NCBI GenBank assembly: GCA_010909165.1
Contig: MU008208.1
Location: forward strand, 269,851-333,850
Reading direction: 5' to 3'
Length of the DNA: 64,000 nucleotides
Origin: Anthoceros angustus
Lineage: Eukaryota > Plantae > Anthocerotophyta
A program made the position numbers and the translations under genes. Under the pieces are notes generated by a model. It did no database searches. It was not told the DNA's origin and saw nothing but the letters and a program-made list of their open reading frames with translations. Position 1 is the stretch's first letter. Every line of letters starts with the position of its first letter. Of the stretch, positions 22,674 through 33,614 are shown in pieces.

Positions 22674-24419
22674 CGAGGTGGAGCGTGGCGAGGATGAGCA
22701 ACTTAACAAACCACTTCTTGTTAGGCTTTCCTAAGGTGCAGCGTTGCGGTGGGCAACTCAACCAACCACTTAGATGATGGCTCCTTTATAGATGACCTTG
22801 AATACTAGATACTATACAGGATATTTGATATTTCCTTTCTAGCATCTTCAAATTGTTTTTCTTGTGATAGGTACTATAAATGGATATTTGATATTTCCTT
22901 TATGGCACGTTCAAGTTGTTTTTCTTGTAATACATACTATTAATGGATATATGATATTTCCTTTCCATGTTCTCTAATTGTTTTTCTTGTGGTAGCGATA
23001 TTATATTTATATTTGGTATTTTCTTTTGTGGTATCTTTGAATTTCTTTCACGCTCGTATTGGTCCATCTTAGTAACAAAATGGCATGGTTGTGCAACTTA
23101 ATAATTAAGTCTCCTCACCTTGCCTTCTTAATGTACAACATGTCAATTGGAGAACTAAACTACACCAAAATCTTGTAGGAATAGAAGTTGATGTGGGAAA
23201 TAGTTACCACGTGATTAGACAAAGGCATTTGTTTCGTTCCTTGATGAACTTTGTGGCGTGAACTAAGCAATGTCATGCCTAACACTTCAGCCCAAATGTG
23301 GTAACATGGTCATAGTTTTAACCTTATTAATGTTATGAATTGCGTGCTAAACTTACGTCAACTTAAGGCCTTGATTGCCACGAACCTTTTATGTTGAAGC
23401 TCACGATGGCCTCCCAAAACTGCTTCTTACTAAGGGCTGTCCATGGCATTCAAACCTTCATCAAAAGGAGCCATTCAGATATCTAGTTTTGACGAAATCT
23501 TTATCAAGGTGCCCAATATTGCAAGGCAATTAGGAGACCCCAATACTTTAGTGTAGATGAGACCATCCAATTTGTACACTTTACATAAAGAACTACTCAT
23601 CATATTATGATTTCAAGGATGATTTCAAGGACTATCAAACTACGTGAGGCGGAAAACAAACCTAGACTTGTAGGATAAGAGGTTAGTCGTAGAGACTTTG
23701 CGTTGTGGAATAGCGAGGTTTGACCTACTTTGGGCTTTTCTTGTGAATACATAAGCATTGGGATTCTCATCTTATCTCCATTTTCAAATTTCATGGCCAA
23801 AGCGGAAAAAACATTACTACAATAATATAAATTAAACCACTAGCACAACAAAATTAAGGCATAATAAAGCAAAAAAGAATAAAACATAAAACAAAACAAA
23901 ACCTCAAACAACGGCAAAACAATAGAGAGAACCTTGTGCATCTTTTGAATCTTTAGACATTTGGCTTGGGCCCGACTCAAGTGCACACCATACCACTTTC
24001 GTTCTCGCATTGCGGCGAATCAAGAAGAGCATCAGTCAAGGAAGATATTATTGTGCCAAATGTCTAAGAAACAAAGTCTTGTAGGATTCCCAGCGAGTAT
24101 AGTCTTAGGATTGGTGATGCAGTGAAAGGTTGATCGAAACAAGTTTGCACACCAAAATCACAGCAAGCCCTAAACACTCTAAATGTTTGTACACGTGCGG
24201 ATTGTGAGAATGACCTTCTTTTAGGAAGGCTCAAAATTGGATAAAATTGAAAATCAAATGCGTTTGTGCACACGTAAACAAGACCTAAACTATTCAAAAT
24301 GGTCTTTTTAGTGCGGATTTTTAGCATGCAATTTGGGGTTTGCAAGTGCGTGTGCAAAAAGGGTTCTTGGAGAAACCCCTTTCTACCCGAATTATTACTG
24401 GTAGAAACCCATGTGAAAC

Positions 24420-25090
24420 CAAGTCCACCTCTGCCTCGGGGCTTGCCTTGCATGCGGTGGAAAAAACCGCCAAGGCGGACCCGAGCGATTGTGCCGTGAG
24501 GCGGTCGAAACCAGTGGCCAGGCGAGGTTAGACTAGGAGGAAGAGGATGAGGAGATGAGAAGATGAGTAGAGGATTAGAGGTGTAGGTGTTAGTGGAGGC
24601 CACAGGCCGAGCCTAAGGGACGAATCCCAAATCTGCAAGTAAAGCTCCACAGGTGGAAGTTTGGTCTTAAGTAGGGCGAAATCGCGGTGTGAATCGGGGG
24701 TCCACGTGGTAGGCTCTTCTTCTTGAGGCGGGACACATTGTGTTGTGTTGTTGTAGGTGAAGTTTGGTCTTAAGTAGGAAAATCGCGGTGTGGTCAGGGG
24801 GGTCCACAGGCGCCCGTGGTAGGCTCTTCTTCTTGAGGCGGACCCTTGTTTTGTGTCGTTGTGGGTCGGGGTTGGCAGTTTCGAGCGATGCAAGTGGTGC
24901 ATTCTTGTAGAGGAGAGTAGAGGGTGCCTTGCTTGTTTAGAAGGTGAGAAGTGTGTATGCGGTAGCGATCGGGCATCACAAGACCTCGAACTTTCACACA
25001 AGTCTCATGGGGAAACCCAGCGTCTGAGCACTGGGATAAGTGTGGCGCTATAGTGGGAGGACACAGGGAGTGCCCGGTTCTCCCAAACCA
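24420..25090 (+). mobile_element. Gypsy LTR 3' half (variant copy)
   Basis: Reverse complement of 29330-29880-like sequence (gactaggaggaagaggatgagg...ggcatcacaagacctcgaactttcacacaagtctcatggg...tagtgggaggac). Confidence 0.75.
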
Positions 25091-25099
25091 CGAGGGCTT

Positions 25100-27623
25100 A
25101 CCCGTGCTACACAGGGGTGCCGTCGGTGGGTTGCAGACTCCCCTCATAAGGAGCCTTACTCCATGACACAAAAGCAATCGCCCGGTCCGTATCTCTGGAC
25201 TTGAAGGTGATGCCACTCGACCAAAATCAAAAACACCGCGGTACCATACAACCAGGCCTACCTATCAAAACCTTATAGCCTAAATCGAGCAGGGCGCATC
25301 ACAATGTAGGTAAGATGGAAGGTGAGTCCCCCAATTACAGTGGGCACGTTCCTCAGCACCCCAGTGGCTTTCTCCTTATGCAGTCGGCCATCCGTAAAAA
25401 TACTCGGGCCGGGTGAAACTCAGTGAATCCGAGTTGATGAGCCGTCTCCTCCGTCATCAAGTTGACTCGATCCGAATCTAATGGCACGTCGGGCACCAAA
25501 CACCCGCAATCTCAACCTCAATCTCGGGTGCCCCTAAATCAGAGTTCGACCACATTTACCTCCATGACCGATTTCTCCCTCCTCTGCTTGAGATTCCCAC
25601 GATCGCCTCCTTCACAATTTTGCGGGATCTTGGACTTCAGCAAGCATCTCAGTGACCACAAATTCGCGGTCAAATGTCGTCGTGGCGGAATTTTATCGAC
25701 AAAGTTTCCTCCCGCTTGCAGCCACATGATCGACTCCGACCTTATTGGTAAAGTTCGATTCCATGACCCTCCTATCGGTGGGTTCCCATACCGGTGGATC
25801 CACGATTCTGGCTCTGCGACCCACCTTTCCCGTATCGGGTGAGCTGTTTAATTCATCTTCCGGCATTGCGCTACTTCTCGACTAATGTCGGGAGGAAGCG
25901 ATTCGTTCCTCCCCTCCTTTGGTCCCTGCGTCGCCCCTAGGGTAGTCTGCTGGTCTATCCGTGTGCCGGACTAGGGGTGATGCCTTCTGGGTGGGCGGTC
26001 TTGTTCTGCTCCTCTTGTGCGCCCAGCGTCTCGGAGCCATGGTGAGTCATCCCTCACCTTCCTCCGTTTCCTTTCCTCATCGCCCGCGTTTTCCATGATC
26101 GTCCTTTCGCGGCCCGACACAGTGGTTACCACAGCCACCATCAACCTTTCATCACTTATTTCTCCCTCGTATCCTTCCTCCACGATACGGCGTCTGCTGA
26201 TCCTCGAGGGAATCGTACTCCTTCCACCTTCAACAGTGTTGTGGTCACGGTAATTCGGTTTTGAGTTGGGTCGTGCCTCTTCGCTCGCTCGTAAACGACT
26301 CCCAGTCGCTGGTGTCACTCGCGTCACCCGTGCATCACAGGGTCCCCATTTTATGTCCCAATTCCTTACATACGGCAAAGGGTACATAACCTACTTGCTT
26401 CCGTGGTTACGGGCATTCGTTGAGTAGTGTCACGGGGCTCCATAATTATGACACCCACTGGAATTGCCATCGGTGTGGATCGGTCTCCATTGTCCGGCGA
26501 TGTCGGACGTGAGCCATACCTTGAGGGGCGGTGCGTCGGTTGGTAAGTCGCTCTCATTGATTGAGGTGGTGGACTTCCGGTGACGCTTGCACAATGCGCC
26601 TCGTCCACGTACCAATAATCTCACGGCATAACGGTTTCCACATGATTTACGTGTCGCGGTGCGAATACATTCTCGGTTGGTGTGTCCCGTTTGATGGATC
26701 GAGCAATACACCAAGCGTCTCATGGTGATCTTCGTGGAGCTTGATTCTTCAACGCCTTGACCTCCAACTCGGTCAACTTGGTCAAAGCCTCCACTTGTCC
26801 GGCAATCCCTCCTCCCTGACGTTTCTCCCTTCTCCATCCCGGACCGTCTTCCCTTTCCTCTCCTTCTCCAATGCGTTCCGCCTCCTCTTGTCGTTTTGAC
26901 CTTCTCGGTCCTTCCTCATTCGTCGTTCGTAGGCCTTCTCGATTCCTCATCCGATGTGGAGCCTTCACGAGTTCATTGTCCTCACTTTCGATGTGGAAGG
27001 GCGGCTGGAGGAGGTAGAGGCGAGGAGCTAGATCTCCTCGATCCTTTCTCTTCTTATGACTCCGCCTCTTCTTCCTCCTTCTCCCCGGCGGACTCCCATT
27101 CCTCGGCTAAGCGGAGGCCCCCTTAACGTCTTCGTTCCGCTGCAGTGTACCTCCATTTTCCGCGATAAGCCACTCACAAACCAATCCAACGCTTGTTCTT
27201 GTGAGTACCCAGAGGTGGGTGGATCTCCCGGCCTCTCGGGTGCACATTTCAGAACTCGATCCAGATATCCGTAAAACCTCTCCACATAATCGAACAACGA
27301 CTCTCGCTTCTTCCTACGGAGGGTTCTCAACTTCGCCAAGGTGTGGTGTGCGTAACTGAGCCCTCGAAACCGATTCAAGAAGGCTGCCTTAAGAGCTTCC
27401 CAATCAGCCAGAATTATATATGCGACCATACCCTTTGTTGGGCATGCCCTCTCGGATCCGGAAGATCGGTCGCTCGGCGACTCCATCCTCTAAATTTGCG
27501 TGGGAGGCGTGCTCGAAAGTTCTTACGCCTCCGCATCATCTCCCTTTTCTTCTCGCCGAATTTGGCGTATTCTTTGGCGACTATGAAGTTAGGCGGTCCT
27601 CCTCCTCCACCAACTCCACTCAT
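25100..27623 (-). CDS. gag-pol: Gypsy gag-protease (frameshifted)
   Basis: ATG at 27623 (MSGVGGGGGPPNF). Retrotrans_gag core WEALKAAFLNRFRG...LAKLRTLRRKKRESLFDYVERFYGYL...WFVSGL. Knuckle YCSIHQTGHTNREC at ~26670-26710. Second knuckle (C)AVCKELGHKMGxC at ~26340-26385. Aspartic protease IEVEIAGV..VPDVPLDS..VNLMTEETA.QLG...LRMAD...KPLGVLRNVPTVIGGLTFHLTYIVM at ~25300-25530. Confidence 0.85.
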
Positions 27624-27739
27624 GTTGCTTCGGAGTGTCCCCAGACCAACACTCCTCTCGCCGGGGTAACGAAACAAATCGGGATCCTTGAGCACGAAAA
27701 TCTTCTACCGGAGGGAGTAGCGACCTCCCTCTAGTCCGT

Positions 27740-29302
27740 CCCAAAGATCAATCGATCGGTGATTCGATCGAGTCGTTCCGCCAAATCCTCCGACCAAGCA
27801 CGAAACTCCCGCTCGGCGACCTCGTCGTCCTTTGCCATTCATTTGGAAGATGAGGTGGTGCCACCGCTTTGAGAAGCAAAGCGTCGCGGGCGTTCGCGGC
27901 GGTTGTGAAACAACTCGTGCTCGGAGGGCGCGGCCCTTCCTAAATCACGGACACCGGCTTCTCTTCTCGACCTCCTTCCTCTCGGTGATCTCGCCTCTTC
28001 CTCCTCCTTCTCCCATCGGGACTCCCATTCCTCGGCTAAGCGGAGGCCCCCTTAACGTCTTCGTTCCGCTGCGGTGTACCTCCATTTTCGTGACAAGCCA
28101 CTCACAAACCAATCCAGCGCTTGTTCTTGTGAGTACCCAGTGGGTGGATCTCCGGCCTCTCGGGTGCACATTTGAACTCGATCGGATATCCATAAAACCT
28201 CTCCACATAATCGAACAACGACTCTCGTTTCTTCCTTGGAGGGTTCTCAACTTGCCAAGTGTGGTGTGCGTGGAGCCCTCGGAACCGATTCAAGAAGGCT
28301 GCCTTAAGAGCTTCCCAATCGGCAGAATTATATATGCGACCATACCCTTGGGCATGCCCTCTCGATCCGGAAAGATCGCGATCGCTCGGCGACTCCATCC
28401 TCTAAATTAGCGTGGGAGGCGTGCTCGAAAGTTCTTACGCCTCCGCATCATCTCCCTTTTCTTCTCGCCGAATTTGGCGTATTGGCGACTATGAAGTTGG
28501 GCGGTCCTCCTCCTCCACCAACTCCACTCATGTTGCTCGTTCGGAGTGTCCCACGGACCAACACTCCTCGCCGGGGTAACGAAACAAATCGGGATCCTTG
28601 AGCACGAAAATCTTCTACCGGAGGGAGTAGCGACCTCCTCTAGTCGTCCCAAAGATCAATCGATCGGTGATTCGATCAGTCGTTCCGCCAAATCCTCCGA
28701 CCAAGCACGAAACTCCCGCTCGGCGACCTCGTCGTCAGATTCATTTGGAAGATGAGGTGGTGCCACCGCTTTGAGAAGCAAAACGTCGCGGGCGTTCCGC
28801 GACGGTTGTGGAAGGCAACTCGTGCTCGGAGGAGCGCGGCCCTTCCTCGTCACTGGACACCAGCTTCTCTTCTACGACCTCCTTCCTCTCGCTGTCGGTG
28901 ATCTCCGCCTCTTCTTCCTCCTTCTCCCCTATCTGTCGTTCCGCACCTCCGTCGCCTTAGGGGAGCGACTTCCTCCCGTCTCGTGTCTCTACTTCCTCCC
29001 TGTCACAGTGGCGGCGCGGTCTCTTCCCTTAGCGGTTTCTTCGTAAAGCTCGTAAATCTCTCTGATGGCGGTGGTGACCTTCGCGTGTATCTCCCGAGAT
29101 CGACCCCTATCGACATACGCAACCATCCTCATGTCCTCCAACCCCACGGTGTTAAGGAAGCAAATCACACCCGTTTAGTGTCTCAACCATTCACCCCTAT
29201 GACAACTTAAAATTCCTTCTTCTCACCCACAGGTGACTCGGTCCCTTTGAAAACGTACTACAGCGATGGAAACCACAAAACTTCAACCTTTCAACAACAA
29301 AT
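27740..29302 (-). mobile_element. Gypsy 5' UTR plus a duplicated partial gag (ATG 28531)
   Basis: 28060-28560 repeats 27110-27690 with different indels, and upstream sequence runs continuously to the PBS. Confidence 0.8.
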
Positions 29303-29315
29303 CCCGACAGCGCCA
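29303..29315 (-). promoter_or_regulatory. Primer-binding site TGGCGCTGTCGGG (Athila-like layout CA-TTTT-TGGCGC)
   Basis: Minus strand ...CTACCACA TTTT TGGCGCTGTCGGGA; identical at 31482-31494 and 32617-32629. Confidence 0.7.
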
Positions 29316-29319
29316 AAAA

Positions 29320-30274
29320 TGTGGTAGGGAGAATCAGGGCACTCCCAGGTCCTCCCACTATAAGCGGCCACACTTATCACTTGTCGCCGTCGTTGGGTTT
29401 CGTCCCATGAGACTTGTGTGAAAGTTCGAGGTCTTGTGATGCCCGTCGCTACTGCGATGACACACTTCTCGACCTTCTAAACAAGCAAGGCACCTCTACT
29501 CTCCCTCTTGGGTGCACCACTTGCCTTTGCTTGAAAAATCGCCAACCCTCGACCTGCGACACAAAACAATTGCGGGTCACGGCAGGAGCCTACCAGGCGC
29601 CGAGGACCCCAGTTCACACGATTTCGTCCCTACTTCTAAGACCAAACTTGACCTACAACGACACAACACAATTGCGGGTCACCTCGACAAGGAGCCTACC
29701 ACGGGACCCCAGTTCACACGCGATTCGTCCCTACTTCTAAGACCAAACTTCTCCACTCGGGGCGCTCTTTTACTTGCAGTTGGGATTCGTCCCTTAGGCT
29801 CTGCTGTGGCCTTCCACTAACACCTACACCTCTAATCCTCTACTCATCTTCTCATCTCCTCATCCTCTTCCTCCTATTCTAACCTCGATTCGGGCTTCTT
29901 GGTTTCGCCCTTACGGCTGGCACAGGTCGCCTCCACCAGCAAGTTCTTCCTTGGGCGGTTGCTATGAGTTTGACACGACGGTGAGAACCTCCAGTCTTTC
30001 CTGTAGTCTACCCTCAAGCCGAGAGTTCTGGGCATTTGCCACACACCCAAAGCAAAGCAATTTCACGGCAACCATTCACAAGGGAGCAACTCGTTTAGGC
30101 ACTTGCGTGAGCAAGTCCTCCACCAACACTCCGACCATGACTTCCTCTCTGCAGACTGTTGGCTCACGGCACGAAATTCCTCTGTAATGGCAAAGGACTC
30201 GATGGCGTGGGCGCAAGACATGATACTTTACTTTGTGAAATCCTCCTCCTCTTATAGGAGGCCTTCCACATACA
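29320..30274 (-). mobile_element. Complete 5' LTR of the Gypsy family (~955 bp, TGT...ACA)
   Basis: Bounded by the PBS on one side and by unique DNA (tcacgtgaacc) at 30275 on the other. Contains an internal ~100-bp tandem duplication at ~29560-29750. Confidence 0.8.
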
Positions 30275-30409
30275 TCACGTGAACCAACTCAAGAGGTTTA
30301 CTCCTACCTTTACCTCTTGTTCGATGTGATGATTTTGTCATTTCCCATATAAGTGCTCACACATCGAGAGATCGGAGAAGTTAAACGAGGATATAACGAG
30401 CAGATAAAA

Positions 30410-32860
30410 CCTCTCCACATAATCGAACAACGACTCTCGTTTCTTCCTTGGAGGGTTCTCAACTTGGCCAAGGTGTGGTGTGCGTGGAGCCCTCGGGGCG
30501 ATTCAAGAAGGCTGCCTTAAGAGCTTCCCAATCGGCAGAATTATATGCGACCATACCTGTTGGGCATGCCCTCAGCGATCCGGAAGATCGCGATCGCTCG
30601 GCGACTCCATCCTCTAAATTTGCGTGGGAGGCGTGCTCGAAAGTTCTTACGCCTCATCTCCCTTTTCTTCTCGCGAATTTGGCGTATTCTTTGGCGACTA
30701 TGAAGTTGGGCGGTCCTCCTCCTCCACCAACTCCACTCATGTTGCTCGTGTCCCAGCGGACCAACACTCCTCTCGCCGGGGTAGCAGTCGGGATCCTTGA
30801 GCACGAAAATCTTCTACCGGAGTAGCGACCTCCCTCTAGTCCGTCCCAAAGATCAATCGTCGATTCGATCGAGTCGTTCCGCCAAATCCTCCGACCAAGC
30901 ACGAAACTCCCGCTCGGCGACCTCGTCGTCGCACATTCCTTTGGAAGATGAGGTGGTGCCACCGCTTTGAAGCAAAGCGTCGGGCGTTCGCGGCGGTTGT
31001 GAAACAACTCGTGCTCGGAGGCCTTCCTAAATCACTTTGGACACCGACTTCTCTTCTCGACCTCCTTCCTCTCGGTGATCTCGCCTCTTCCTCCTTCTCC
31101 CTATCAGCCGTTCCGCACCTCCGTCGCCTTGGCGTCACGGCGACTTCCTCCGCGTCTCGTGTCTCTACTTCCTCCCTCACAGTGGCGGCGGTCTCTTCCT
31201 TAGCGGTTTCTTCGTAAAGCTCGTAAATCTCTTGTGACGGTGGTGACCTTCAGCGTGTATCTCCCGAGATCGACCCCTATCGACATACGCCATCCTCATG
31301 TCCTCCAACCCCACGGTGTTAAGAAAGCAAATCACACCCGTTTAGTGTCTCAACCATTCACCCCTATGACACTTAGGCGGCGTGAAATTCCTTCTTCTCA
31401 CCCCTATGGTGACTCTCGGTCCCTTTGAAGCAACTGACCTAGCGATGGAAACCACAAAACTTCAACCTTTCAACAACAAGTCCCGACAGCGCCAAAAATG
31501 TGGTAGGGAGAATCAGGGCACTCCCGGTCCTCCCACTATAAGCGGCCACACTTATCACTTGTCGCCGTCGTTGGGTTTCGTCCCATGAGACTTGTGTGAA
31601 AGTTCGAGGTCTTGTGATGCCCGTCGCTACTGCGATGACACACTTCTCGACCTTCTAAACAAGCAAGGCACCTCTACTCTCCCTCTTGGGTGCACCACTT
31701 GCCTTTGCTTGAAAAATCGCCAACCCTCGACCTGCGACACAAAACAATTGCGGGTCACGGCAGGAGCCTACCAGGCGCCGAGGACCCCAGTTCACACGAT
31801 TTCGTCCCTACTTCTAAGACCAAACTTGAGTTGCACATCACCTCGCTGCGATCGGCATGCGTAGTTATTTCAAGCCTAACGCATCCTTTCCTTGTAGCAT
31901 CATCGCTAAACCACTCTCTATGAGGAGTAACATGGAAGATGCACGAGTCAATTATCCAATTGCGGAATAAATGACTATCCACGGTACATTAATGCGACAT
32001 TCAAGTAAGAAGAGATAAGGACATCTCCGTCCTCAACGAAACTCCCGCTCGGCGACCTCGTCGTCGCACATTCCTTTGGAAGATGAGGTGGTGCCACCGC
32101 TTTGAAGCAAAGCGTCGGGCGTTCGCGGCGGTTGTGAAACAACTCGTGCTCGGAGGCCTTCCTAAATCACTTTGGACACCGACTTCTCTTCTCGACCTCC
32201 TTCCTCTCGGTGATCTCGCCTCTTCCTCCTTCTCCCTATCAGCCGTTCCGCACCTCCGTCGCCTTGGCGTCACGGCGACTTCCTCCGCGTCTCGTGTCTC
32301 TACTTCCTCCCTCACAGTGGCGGCGGTCTCTTCCTTAGCGGTTTCTTCGTAAAGCTCGTAAATCTCTTGTGACGGTGGTGACCTTCAGCGTGTATCTCCC
32401 GAGATCGACCCCTATCGACATACGCCATCCTCATGTCCTCCAACCCCACGGTGTTAAGAAAGCAAATCACACCCGTTTAGTGTCTCAACCATTCACCCCT
32501 ATGACACTTAGGCGGCGTGAAATTCCTTCTTCTCACCCCTATGGTGACTCTCGGTCCCTTTGAAGCAACTGACCTAGCGATGGAAACCACAAAACTTCAA
32601 CCTTTCAACAACAAGTCCCGACAGCGCCAAAAATGTGGTAGGGAGAATCAGGGCACTCCCGGTCCTCCCACTATAAGCGGCCACACTTATCCCACTGTCG
32701 CCCGTCGTTGGGTTTCGTCCCATGAGACTTGTGTGAAAGTTCGAGGTCTTGTGATGCCGTCGCTACTGCGATGACACACTCTCGACCTTCTCAAGCAAGG
32801 CACCTCTACTCTCCCTCTTACAGTGCACCACTTGCCTTTGCTTGAAAAATCGCCTTCTTG
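30410..32860 (-). mobile_element. Two further partial gag/5'UTR/PBS/LTR copies
   Basis: 30930-31560 is reused near-verbatim at 32065-32695 (offset 1135); 29414-29650 is reused at 31592-31828 (offset 2178). Confidence 0.8.
31828..32040 (-). mobile_element. Copia family 2 protease fragment
   Basis: NWIIDS(G)CIFHVTPHREWFSD...GCVRL, the Tnt1-like WIxDSGxSFHMxPxxxWF motif; duplicated at 33385-33610. Confidence 0.75.
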
Positions 32861-33610
32861 TCGTCCTTCTTCTCTTTTCCTTGGTCCTTTTGAACTTCTC
32901 ACTCTCTTTTAGTGACCCCTTTTGTGACAATAGTGACACTCCACATTCTTATTACGACGAGATTTGCTACGAGAAAGCTTACATCCGGTTGCTTCCCTTG
33001 TGGACCTCCCTCTCACTATGAGACCTTTGGAACCTTTGGAAGGTTCCATGTTTTTCATTCACCTCCTCGGTTAACGGCTACCTTCTACATTTACAATGGT
33101 AAGACCACTAGCGAGGCGGAATTACTCAGGCATGCGAAAATGTCCCAACGGCAATGCCACAAGGAAACATTTGGCTGCTCACAGATCACATGATCTTTGG
33201 ATGTTTACACGAAGTGAGTACAAAGTGCCACACTTGATCCACGAGCTAACACAAGAGAACCTTTGGAGATCTTCCAAGAGTGATCCCCAAACCAGCGTGG
33301 TAACCAGCATCATCAAGCATCTGCGCTAATCATGCTTTGTCAACTTGAACATGCCTAACGTCCTTGACGAATGAAGATCCGTTGTCAAACTTGAGTTGCA
33401 CATCACCTCGCTGCGATCGGCATGCGTAGTTATTTCAAGCCTAACGCATCCTTCCTTGTAGCATCATCGCTAAACCACTCTCTATGAGGAGTAACATGGA
33501 AAGATGCACGAGTCAATTATCCAATTGCGGAATAAATGACTATCCACGGTACATTAATGCGACATTCAAGTAAGAAGAGATAAGGACATCTCCGTCCTCA
33601 ACGAAACTCT
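32860..33610 (-). mobile_element. Copia family 2 pieces in permuted order: protease + GAG-pre-integrase (33085-33610) followed by the gag zinc knuckle (32860-33085)
   Basis: LKFDNGS...KDVRHV...MIS..MLDDAGY...WKISKGSLVLARG.KCGTLY...LWH.RLGH; then GLIVRGRS...RSKSRRNKNVECHYCHKRGH. Confidence 0.75.
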
Positions 33611-33614
33611 TCCA

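Larger units (their letters stand above)
15966..24415. repeat. Tandem array of a ~4-kb AT-rich unit (one full, one internally deleted, one truncated copy)
   Basis: Unit landmarks recur at ~15970/19900/21945 (ttgagcttgatcaagtcatcaagact), 16368/20407/22441 (35-mer array), 17155/23210 and 19130/21185. The middle copy lacks the 17155-19130 equivalent. Confidence 0.9.
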
